In this document: positions 9,663 to 18,600 of the stretch, piece by piece | Layout of the letters: every line of letters starts with the position of its first letter | Numbering within the stretch: the first letter of the stretch is position 1 | Assembly: GCA_044347565.1 (NCBI GenBank) | Contig: JBIKUN010000006.1 | Location: forward strand, 415 to 64,414 | Origin: Vicinamibacterales bacterium | Lineage (GTDB): Bacteria > Acidobacteriota > Vicinamibacteria > Vicinamibacterales > UBA2999 | Direction of reading: 5' to 3' | DNA length: 64,000 nt | Notes under the pieces: model-generated | Seen by the model: only the letters and a program-made list of their open reading frames with translations | What the model was told of the DNA's origin: nothing | The model's database searches: none | Position numbers and translations under genes: made by a program

Positions 9663-9734
9663 GGCGCCGAGGCGATGAATCCGAAGACGAGCAACCCTTC
9701 TTCGGGCCGCAACCGCCAGAGCCGGTGCATCACG

Positions 9735-9752
9735 AAAAAACGCTACGGCGCG

Positions 9753-9759
<7 letters not shown>
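9735..9759 (-). terminator. Putative intrinsic terminator of the DEAD-box helicase gene
   Basis: The minus strand reads GCGCUA-GCGCGCCG-UAGCGU followed by UUUUUU. That is a 5-6 bp stem including one G-U pair, with the stop codon inside the hairpin. This is one of the few T6 runs in the window. Confidence 0.4.
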
Positions 9760-11078
<1,319 letters not shown>

Positions 11079-11107
11079 TGCTTTAACAGACTCCTGAAGG
11101 ACGCATC

Positions 11108-11302
11108 CTAGGCCACCGGCTTGGCGTTCGGCGGCGCGGGCTCGCGTCTGACCATCCCCGTCGCCACTTCGGCGCGGGCGGTGGTCGTATGGCGGTGTCC
11201 GGCCGGCACCCGGGGGGTGCAGCCGCGGACGAGCTGGAGGGCGCGAAGGGAGCTGACCACGACGAACTCGAACGCGGCCATATGGTCGGGTCGATCAATC
11301 AC
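11108..11302 (-). CDS. Candidate RNA polymerase omega-like small protein (64 aa)
   Basis: Nested in the listed ORF 11108..11419. GTG 11302 is preceded by GGAG at 8 nt. The product MIDRPDHMAAFEFVVVSSLRALQLVRGCTPRVPAGHRHTTTARAEVATGMV... matches the omega core pattern (F-x-[LF]-V...R-A-x-Q-L ... A-x-E-[IV]-x-x-G-x-V). Codons are GC3-rich. It ends 29 nt before the helicase start. Confidence 0.45.
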   Translation of the reverse strand: MIDRPDHMAAFEFVVVSSLRALQLVRGCTPRVPAGHRHTTTARAEVATGMVRREPAPPNAKPVA

Positions 11303-11500
11303 TTCGCACGCTCCAATGCCGCAACGCGAGCCGGCGGCGGGGACGGACCTGTCTCCGGACCGGGCTCGAACAAACTCGTTGCTTTGGGGCATAAGCGCGT
11401 CCGCGGCGGGAGCGCTCAAAGAAGCGAGAACTCAAGTATAGCGTAGACTGTTGATCCGGGGCCGGCTCCAGGCGCCCGAAGCACCTCGAGGAGACGGCGC

Positions 11501-12052
11501 GTGGCGAAGTGGACACGGATGTCGGGGGCGGTTGTGGCCATCGTGGCCGCCGCGGGAATCGCGGTGCTGGCCGCGGACCGGATCTTCACCAATCCCAAGC
11601 CGCAGGCCCACCTGCGGGCCCTGTTCCCGAAGGCGGCGGCCTTCTCGGCGCTGGAGGGCACGCCCCTCCACTTCAAGGCCTACGCGGCCGATCCGAAGAC
11701 CACGCCGAACCCGCCGCTGCTCGGCTACGCCTTCTGGACGACCGACGTCGTGCCGGCCGAATACGGCTACCACGGCCCGATCCACGTCCTCGTCGGCATG
11801 GACCTGACCGGCATCCTCACCGGCGCCATCGTCGACTACGACTCGGAACCCTACGGCTACTTCTCGGTGCAGCCGCCCGAGTTCAGCGCCCAGTTCACCG
11901 GCAAGAGCATCCGCCAGCCGTTCAAGGTGGGCGGCGACGTGCACGCCGTGTCGCGGGCCACGATCTCGGTGTCGAGCGCCACGCGCGCCATCCGTGACAG
12001 CGCCCGCATCATGGCCAAGGCATTCCTGAATCCCGCCAACCTCAAGCCGTGA
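11501..12052 (+). CDS. Membrane-anchored FMN-binding (FMN_bind, NosR/RnfG/NqrC-type) domain protein
   Basis: N-terminal anchor MSGAVVAIVAAAGIAVLAA. FMN_bind-like core with the candidate flavinylation site HAVSRATIS (Thr codon 11960..11962; SRAT instead of the usual SGAT). The stop overlaps the next gene (GTGA). Confidence 0.75.
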   Translation: MAKWTRMSGAVVAIVAAAGIAVLAADRIFTNPKPQAHLRALFPKAAAFSALEGTPLHFKAYAADPKTTPNPPLLGYAFWTTDVVPAEYGYHGPIHVLVGMDLTGILTGAIVDYDSEPYGYFSVQPPEFSAQFTGKSIRQPFKVGGDVHAVSRATISVSSATRAIRDSARIMAKAFLNPANLKP

Positions 12053-12942
12053 TTCAGCCGGACGATCCCTGGGGCTTCGAGGAGGAGCCGGTCGAGACCT
12101 GGAGCGACCTGCTGTCGGCCCAGGCCGTCGACATCCTCCCGCTCATCGCCTTCCTGCTGCTCGCCTACGTCAGCTTCCACCGGAAGAGCGTGCGGCTGAA
12201 GTACGTGACGCTGGCCGCGTCCGTGCTCTACATGGGGTTCGCCAAGAGCAACCTGCTGTCGATCACCGACGTCTTCCGCGTGGTCGACTGGAGCTTCCCG
12301 CCCTTCAAGCACAACATCGCCTGGTATCTGTTTGCCGGTTTCACCGTGGTGTCGACGGTGCTCTGGGGCCGCTTCTACTGCGGGCGCGTCTGCGCCTACG
12401 GCGCCTTCACGCAGCTCATGGACGCGATCCTGCCGTCGACATGGCGCGTGGACGTGCCGAAGGGCCTCGAGAAACGCGCCGGCTACATCAAGTTCGGCAT
12501 CCTCGCGACGGTGCTCACCTACTACGCGCTGACGCACAACACGATGGTCTACCGTTACGTCGAGCCGTTCTGGATGTTCGGCCGCTCGGAGTCGTCGGTG
12601 CTGCTCTGGGCGATGCTCGGCCTGCTGCTCGCCACCACCGTGTTCGTGCGCAATCTCTACTGCCGCTTCCTGTGTCCGCTCGGCGCGACGCTCGGCGTCA
12701 TCTCGTTCCTGACCGTCTTCAAGATCAAGCGCTGGTCGGAATGCAACACCTGCAAGATCTGCGAGAAGACCTGCGAGTGGGGGGCCATCGAAGGCCCGCG
12801 CATCATCCAGACCGAGTGTGTGCGCTGCGACGACTGCGAACGCGTCTACGCCGATGAAGCCAAGTGCCCGCACTGGCGCATCCTCGACTACAAGAAGCGC
12901 AAGGCCGGCGGGGCCATTCCGCTCACGCCCGTCAGGAGCTAG
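12049..12942 (+). CDS. NapH/NosR/MauN-type polytopic 4Fe-4S ferredoxin membrane protein
   Basis: CGRVCAYG and CRFLCPLG membrane-proximal CxxxC motifs, plus two ferredoxin clusters CNTCKICEKTC and CVRCDDCE...KCP. The GTG start overlaps the upstream stop by 4 nt. Confidence 0.85.
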   Translation: MIQPDDPWGFEEEPVETWSDLLSAQAVDILPLIAFLLLAYVSFHRKSVRLKYVTLAASVLYMGFAKSNLLSITDVFRVVDWSFPPFKHNIAWYLFAGFTVVSTVLWGRFYCGRVCAYGAFTQLMDAILPSTWRVDVPKGLEKRAGYIKFGILATVLTYYALTHNTMVYRYVEPFWMFGRSESSVLLWAMLGLLLATTVFVRNLYCRFLCPLGATLGVISFLTVFKIKRWSECNTCKICEKTCEWGAIEGPRIIQTECVRCDDCERVYADEAKCPHWRILDYKKRKAGGAIPLTPVRS

Positions 12943-12953
12943 CCCCGCGCCGG

Positions 12954-13994
12954 CTACGGCGTGGGCGGCCGGCGCACGATCAGGCGGTCGCGCAGCCCGG
13001 TCGAGACGAGCACCTGATTCTCCGCCGTGACGATCACGGCCTCCACATCCGGCAGGCGCTCGACGAGCGCCATGCCGCGCTCCGGCCCCAGGATGAAGAC
13101 GCCGGTCGAGAGGCCGTCGGCCCAGAGCGCCTCCTTCGTCACGATGGTCACGCTGCGGGTGCCGCGCGCCGGCTGTCCGGTGGCCGGGTCGAGGAGGTGG
13201 TGGTAGCGCACGCCGTCCTGCTCGAAGAACCGCTCGTAGTCGCCTGACGTGCTGAATGTCGCGTTCGAGAGTTCGAGCACGGCGAACGGAGCGTCAGGCG
13301 CGCCGCGCGGATCCTGGATGCCGAGCCGCCACGGCGACTCCCCCGCCGCACCGGCCACGTAGAGATCGCCGCCGGCCTGCACCATGAAGTCGCGCAGCCC
13401 CGCCGCCCGCAGGATGGTGACGGCCCTGTCTACCGCGTAGCCCTTGCCGATGCCGCCGAGGTGCACGCGCACGCCGGGGCGCGTGATGGCCACCGTGCCG
13501 GCGGCCTCATCGATGACCACGCGGCGGTAGTCCACGCGCGGCACGCGCGCGGCGATCTCCGCCGCGGATGGCACGCGGTTGTCCTGGTCGTGGTCGAACT
13601 TCCAGACCTCGGCGAGCGCGCCGAAGGTGACGTCGAACGCCCCGTCCGTCCAGGCGCTCACCTGCGCCGCGGCCCGCAGCACGGCGCGAGTGTCGGCGTG
13701 CACGCGCACGGGGGCGCCGCCAGCCGCGGCATTGAGGCGCGAGACGTCGCTCTCCGGCCGCCAGGTGCTCAGCAGCGCCTCGAGGCGATCGACCTCGGCG
13801 AATACGGCGGCAAAGGCCACACGCGCCCGCGGCGCATCGTGCGTGCGCGCCGTGAGATGCAGTTCGGAGCCCATCGCCAGGCGGCGCTCCTCGACGAGCC
13901 CCGGCGCGGGCGGTGCGGCCGGCGGCGCACACGCCGTGGCCAGCAGCACGACAGCGGCAAGCGCGCTCAGTTGGGGACCGGACCTCACGCGCAC
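12954..13994 (-). CDS. apbE: FAD:protein FMN transferase (ApbE family) lipoprotein
   Basis: Lipobox LLATAC. ApbE motifs GGIGKGYAVDRAV, TSGDYERFF and HHLLDPATGQPA. GGAGG lies upstream of GTG 13994. Confidence 0.9.
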   Translation of the reverse strand: MRVRSGPQLSALAAVVLLATACAPPAAPPAPGLVEERRLAMGSELHLTARTHDAPRARVAFAAVFAEVDRLEALLSTWRPESDVSRLNAAAGGAPVRVHADTRAVLRAAAQVSAWTDGAFDVTFGALAEVWKFDHDQDNRVPSAAEIAARVPRVDYRRVVIDEAAGTVAITRPGVRVHLGGIGKGYAVDRAVTILRAAGLRDFMVQAGGDLYVAGAAGESPWRLGIQDPRGAPDAPFAVLELSNATFSTSGDYERFFEQDGVRYHHLLDPATGQPARGTRSVTIVTKEALWADGLSTGVFILGPERGMALVERLPDVEAVIVTAENQVLVSTGLRDRLIVRRPPTP

Positions 13995-14066
13995 GGCACG
14001 CCTCCAGCCTCCTATGCTACCGGGCGGGTGTCACGGCGTCATCTCGGCCACCGCCGGGCCGTACCG

Positions 14067-14096
14067 ACGTCTCGCCGCCTCACGGCGGCGAGACGT
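14067..14096 (-). terminator. Perfect 13-bp GC-rich hairpin between the DUF1501 and apbE genes (possible terminator or attenuator, no U-tract)
   Basis: ACGTCTCGCCGCC-TCAC-GGCGGCGAGACGT, 38 nt downstream of the DUF1501 stop. Flanked by the direct repeat GGTGTCACGGCGT at 14027..14039 and 14097..14109. Confidence 0.4.
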
Positions 14097-14134
14097 GGTG
14101 TCACGGCGTGTGTGCGCGGCGGCCGGGCCCGCCC

Positions 14135-15487
14135 CTAGAGCATGAAGCCGACGTCGGCCGTCGGGAACTGCGAGAGGTTCGGGAACGCCACGGCCAGTTC
14201 GCCCGGCGTCGCGCCGAACCACCTGCCGAGCGTGGCGCCGAACTGCGACGTCGAGATCCTGGGAATCCAGGCCCCGCGGTTGCCGGCGTCATCCGGACCG
14301 CCCAGCGCGAACTCCGGCATCTGGCCGTAGATGCCGCCGCGCACGCCGCCGCCGATGATGAACTGGTGGCCGCCCCAGGCATGGTCGGTGCCCGTGCCGT
14401 TCGGCTGAATCGTACGGCCGAACTCGGACTGCGTGAAGGCGGTAATCTGCGACGACAGACCGGTCTCGACGGTGGCGTTGTAGAACGCGTTCAGCGCGTT
14501 TGCGAGTTCGGCGAGCAGCGCCGTGTGATTGCCATCCTGCGAGGTGTGCGTGTCGAACCCGCCCATCGAACAGAAGAAGACCTGCCGGCCGGGCCCGATC
14601 TGCGAGCGCAGCCGGATGAGTTTCATCACTTCACGGAGCTGGTTGCCGAGGCCCGTACCGGGGAACACGGTGTTGAGATTGCTGACGGTGCCGCTGTTGG
14701 TCAGCGTGTCCGCCAGCTGCAGACCATCCGCGAAGGCGTCGTTGGCCGCCGTGCGCAGCGGGTGCCCGGCATCGAGCGCCAGCATCGCGTTGACGGCGTT
14801 GCGGCGGGCGGTCGCCGCCGCCGACGGGGAGATGTTCAGCCCCGAGAGATTGAGGCTGGCTCCCGGTGGAATGACGTTGGGCGCGCCGCCGCCACTCTGC
14901 AGGAACGCCGCCGGTGACGACACCGACACGGCCCCGAGCGTGTCGTTCACGCCGAAGACGTCGAGCAGCCGCCCGCCCCAGCCGCCAATCGTCGAGTTCG
15001 ACGTGGCCGTCTGCGCCTGCAGCGTCTGGTCGGAATGCGAGAAGAGATTGCTTGGCGCAAGCGCGCCGTCCCGGTACTGCTGGCGCGTCAAGGGCCGTTC
15101 GAGCTGCCCTGTGTTCAGCACCACGGCGACGCGGCCGGCGTTGAACAGGGTGTTCACCGGCGCCAGCGACTGATGCATGCCGTACTGATTGCCGCTGGCA
15201 TCGAGGATGGGCGAGGTCAGCCGCGACGGCGCCAGCGTGAGGCTCGCCCGCAGCGTCTGGTATTGCGTGTAGCGGGCGGTGTCGAGCGGCACGATCGTGT
15301 TGTTGCAGTCGTTGCCGCCGAACAGGTAGACGCAGACGAGCGCCTTGTAGTCGCCGACCGGCGCCGCGGCGGCGTCGGTCACGAACCAGGAGCGGGCCGG
15401 ACCGACGCCCAGGCCCGTCAGCCCCAGCGTGGCCAGGCGCGTGCTCAGCTTCAGGAAGTTCCGGCGTGCAGGCTTGTGCGTATGCAT
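14135..15487 (-). CDS. Tat-exported DUF1501 family protein (sulfatase/alkaline-phosphatase-like fold)
   Basis: Twin-arginine signal MHTHKPARRNFLKLSTRLATLGLTG. The typical DUF1501 core (FGGNDCNN, GGFDTHT, DHAWGGH). It starts 16 nt after the DUF1800 stop. Confidence 0.9.
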   Translation of the reverse strand: MHTHKPARRNFLKLSTRLATLGLTGLGVGPARSWFVTDAAAAPVGDYKALVCVYLFGGNDCNNTIVPLDTARYTQYQTLRASLTLAPSRLTSPILDASGNQYGMHQSLAPVNTLFNAGRVAVVLNTGQLERPLTRQQYRDGALAPSNLFSHSDQTLQAQTATSNSTIGGWGGRLLDVFGVNDTLGAVSVSSPAAFLQSGGGAPNVIPPGASLNLSGLNISPSAAATARRNAVNAMLALDAGHPLRTAANDAFADGLQLADTLTNSGTVSNLNTVFPGTGLGNQLREVMKLIRLRSQIGPGRQVFFCSMGGFDTHTSQDGNHTALLAELANALNAFYNATVETGLSSQITAFTQSEFGRTIQPNGTGTDHAWGGHQFIIGGGVRGGIYGQMPEFALGGPDDAGNRGAWIPRISTSQFGATLGRWFGATPGELAVAFPNLSQFPTADVGFML

Positions 15488-15503
15488 GGTGCGTACTCTC
15501 GGG

Positions 15504-17936
15504 CTACGGGATGACGACGGTCTGGAACGCGGTCACGGGGCCGGCGCCGCACGCGTTCACGGCCTGCACGCTGAAGTTGTAAGTGCCACCCGGCGCGCCC
15601 GAGGCGAAGCCGCGGCCGGCAATCGGGAACGACCCCACGTGCGCCCCCGACACGTTGAGGCGATAGCTGGCAGCCGGCGTGCCCCCGGACGGCGTCTCCC
15701 ACGAGGCGCTGATGACGTTGCCGGTCCTGGTGACCTGGAAGTTGATCGGCACGCGCGGCAGCGCGCAGGTGGTCGACGGCGCGGTCAACGTCACCGAACC
15801 CGACTGGCTGCTCGCGCCGGCCGCGTTCACGGCCCGCAGGCGGAAGGTGAAGGTGCCGTCCGGAATGCCCGGCAGGTTGAACTCCTCGCTGAGCGGAATC
15901 GGCAGCGACACGGTGGCCGAGCCGGTGACATCGAGTATCAGGCTCTGCGGCGTGCCGCCGGAGAACGCGTTCCGCCAGGCGAGCCAGAGCGCCGAGCCCC
16001 GCACCGCGCCCTGGATGTTCGTCGGGGCATCGGGCCGGCGCGCGGCGTTCACATGGAGCCGCACTTCATTCGACGGCAGGCTCAGCGCGCCGCCGCTCGA
16101 CGACTTCATGCGCACGAAGAAGGAGCCGTTCGGCGCCGTGATGGTGAAGAACGGCGCGGTGCTGCCGGTGGGCACGACGGCCATGGTCGTTCCCGCCGTG
16201 ACGCCGCCTTCGAGCACATACGTCTCGGGCGCCGGGCCGAGCTGCGGCGGATTCCAGCGCAGCGTGACCGTGTTGCCGGAGACCGACGCCACATACAGCC
16301 CGGTGGGCGCCTGCACGGTGGTCGGGATGACGCCGCCGGCGCTCGTGCCGCCGGTATACACGGAGTACTCGCTCGAGATGGCGGCGAGATACACGGCGCC
16401 GAGCGCCCGCTGATTCGGGTCGGTCACCGGAATGGCGTTCGTCGCATCGACGATGATCTGACGCAGCTGCGGCGACATCCTGCCCATCATGATCGTCGCG
16501 TTGACCTTCTCGACGAGGGCGGCCGTGTCGTTCGCGACGACGCGGAACGGCGTCATGTCCACCGCGAATGCCGCCCCGTACTGACCGGTCAGAATGCCGT
16601 AGATGAAGTTCGCGCGCTGAATGGCGAGCGCCGGCGGATACAGCTGGAACTCGGGTCCGAAGAGCGACTGGGCCGAGGGGATCTTCGCCGTCGGCGAGTA
16701 GAAGCTGAAGACGGTCGACGGCGTCAACACGCGCTGGCTGAGATTCGTGAACACGAACTGGAAACTGCCGGGGTCACCGAGCGACGCGTTGAGCGCGCGG
16801 CCGAGACCCATGATGTGCAGGATCGGATCCTTCAGCCGGCCGTGCAGCGTGGCGTCAGGATTCAGCGCCTCGGGGTCGAGCAGGATGGCCGCGAACACCG
16901 CCGCCAGATCGCCGCGCACGCCGGCGCCGTTGTTGATGAACACGTTGGCGACGCGGTTGATGTAGGCCGGGCTCGGGTTGCTCGTGACGAGCGAGCGGAT
17001 GAGCCGCGTGGCGATGAACGGTGGCACGTTCGGGTGCGCGAAGATGTTGTTGAGCAGCCCGTCAAGGTCCTGCGCCGCTGTCTGGTCCGCCGGCAGTACG
17101 GAGCCGTTCAGCAGCGTCTTCGCGGTGGTGTCGTGGCGGGTGGCGCTGGAGGTCGGCACGAGGTTGCCGACGAAGTACTCCGGGTTGCTGTTGCCCGAGG
17201 TCGCGCCGGGCATCGGCGGGTACGTCCACCCGGTGAGCGCCTTGGCGAACTCCGCGATGGTGCCCTGCGAATAGGCCGGGATGGGGTTGCCGGCGCCGTC
17301 GAGCTTCTGGCTGCCGTCGTTGTTCAGCTCCCACGTGCCGATCGAAAAGAGCTGCAGCAGTTCGCGTGCGTAGTTCTCGTTGGCCGACGTCGTGGCCGTC
17401 GCCTTGCGGTTGAAGACGTTGTCCAGATACCTGCCCATCGTCGGGCTGAGCGACACCTCCTGCAGCAGGGTGCGGAAGTTGCCGAAGGCGTTGCGCGACA
17501 GGAGCCGCATCCACGGCGTGAGCGCCGCGCCGTCGCCGACCTTGTTGGCCGAGACCACGATCGTCTGGCTCAGCGCGAAGATGGCGCGCTGGCGCAACTG
17601 GTCGGGTCCGTTCGCCATGTGCAGGTAGACCTGAGCACGCACGGCGTTGCCGTCGAGGCCATCCGGAATCGGGCTCTCGGGCATGGCCTGCTGCTGCTGG
17701 ACCCACGCTGCGGGCCCGATGGCCTGCACGTTCGCGACGTCGACGGCGGTGGGGCCGAAGGTGGCCTGCTCGAGGAAGTGCACGGCCGTGGACACGTCGG
17801 TCGCCTGCGCGGACACAGGGTGCACGTCCAAGAACTGGACGAGCACGACGAAAAGTGCAAGGGCCGTCCAACTGGAGCGATGGGGGTGGCAGCGGGGGGC
17901 GACGTCGAAAAATTGCCGTGTTTTCGGCGCGTTCAT
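15504..17936 (-). CDS. DUF1800 family protein with three C-terminal fibronectin-III-like modules
   Basis: 810 aa. Signal-like N-terminus, then a DUF1800 core (HFLEQATFGPT, ENYARELLQLFSIG, RHDTTAKTLL). The last ~270 aa are three ~85-aa modules. Confidence 0.9.
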   Translation of the reverse strand: MNAPKTRQFFDVAPRCHPHRSSWTALALFVVLVQFLDVHPVSAQATDVSTAVHFLEQATFGPTAVDVANVQAIGPAAWVQQQQAMPESPIPDGLDGNAVRAQVYLHMANGPDQLRQRAIFALSQTIVVSANKVGDGAALTPWMRLLSRNAFGNFRTLLQEVSLSPTMGRYLDNVFNRKATATTSANENYARELLQLFSIGTWELNNDGSQKLDGAGNPIPAYSQGTIAEFAKALTGWTYPPMPGATSGNSNPEYFVGNLVPTSSATRHDTTAKTLLNGSVLPADQTAAQDLDGLLNNIFAHPNVPPFIATRLIRSLVTSNPSPAYINRVANVFINNGAGVRGDLAAVFAAILLDPEALNPDATLHGRLKDPILHIMGLGRALNASLGDPGSFQFVFTNLSQRVLTPSTVFSFYSPTAKIPSAQSLFGPEFQLYPPALAIQRANFIYGILTGQYGAAFAVDMTPFRVVANDTAALVEKVNATIMMGRMSPQLRQIIVDATNAIPVTDPNQRALGAVYLAAISSEYSVYTGGTSAGGVIPTTVQAPTGLYVASVSGNTVTLRWNPPQLGPAPETYVLEGGVTAGTTMAVVPTGSTAPFFTITAPNGSFFVRMKSSSGGALSLPSNEVRLHVNAARRPDAPTNIQGAVRGSALWLAWRNAFSGGTPQSLILDVTGSATVSLPIPLSEEFNLPGIPDGTFTFRLRAVNAAGASSQSGSVTLTAPSTTCALPRVPINFQVTRTGNVISASWETPSGGTPAASYRLNVSGAHVGSFPIAGRGFASGAPGGTYNFSVQAVNACGAGPVTAFQTVVIP
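15507..16316 (-). repeat. Three tandem FN3-like coding modules inside the DUF1800 gene
   Basis: Modules start at VQAPTGLYVASVSGNTVTLRWNPP, PDAPTNIQGAVRGSALWLAWRNAF and LPRVPINFQVTRTGNVISASWETP. Modules 2 and 3 end in G(T)(F/Y)xFxxxAVNAxGxxxxS, and module 1 ends in the looser GSFFVRMKSSSG. Divergent at the DNA level. Confidence 0.6.
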
Positions 17937-18047
17937 GCGTCCTACCTCGTCATGGGAACAGGCAGTTGAGCCTGGATACGCCTCAAGACAGAAGCAGGAT
18001 TCGTGCCAGCGATGAAGAACGGCCGAGCTTGGAGGCCGCCGGCGCGA

Positions 18048-18575
18048 TCAGCGCGGCGGCGACGGCAGGTAGTACTGCTTGTACATCCCGCGCCGGAACA
18101 GCCATCCGCCGAGCGGTCCGCCCCAGTTCAGCACGTGATACATGAATCCGAGGTCCATCAGCTCGATGAGGTTGCCGTCGAAGTCGCGCACGAAGAAGAA
18201 CGAATGGCCGCGCGGCGACTTCTCGGGTTTGCTGACGATCTCGACACCCTTGGCAACGAGATGGTCATGCCACTTCTGCAGGTTGGTGACGTTGAACGAG
18301 AAGTGCGTGAGGCCGACGCGGTGCCAGGGGATGACCTCCGCCGGCAGCTTCGGCTCGAACGCGAAGATCTCGAGCACGCCGCCGCCGGGCACGCGGATCC
18401 AGCCGATCTTGCAGGACGGCAGGGGCGCATCCACGCCAAAGAAGGCGCGGACGCGATCGGGCGGCGTGTCGGCCACGCCGACGAGCGGACAGCCGAAGAT
18501 CTCGGAGTAGAACCGGACGGCCGTGTTGAAATCCGACACGGTCAGGCCGACGTGACTGAAGGAACGGGCGCGCAT
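18048..18575 (-). CDS. VOC (glyoxalase/bleomycin-resistance/dioxygenase) family protein
   Basis: FSHVGLTVSDFNTAVRFYSEIFG start and FFFVRDFDGNLIELM end are typical of the VOC fold. Confidence 0.8.
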   Translation of the reverse strand: MRARSFSHVGLTVSDFNTAVRFYSEIFGCPLVGVADTPPDRVRAFFGVDAPLPSCKIGWIRVPGGGVLEIFAFEPKLPAEVIPWHRVGLTHFSFNVTNLQKWHDHLVAKGVEIVSKPEKSPRGHSFFFVRDFDGNLIELMDLGFMYHVLNWGGPLGGWLFRRGMYKQYYLPSPPR

Positions 18576-18600
18576 GGCCCGGAATGGTAACAGGGACCGG

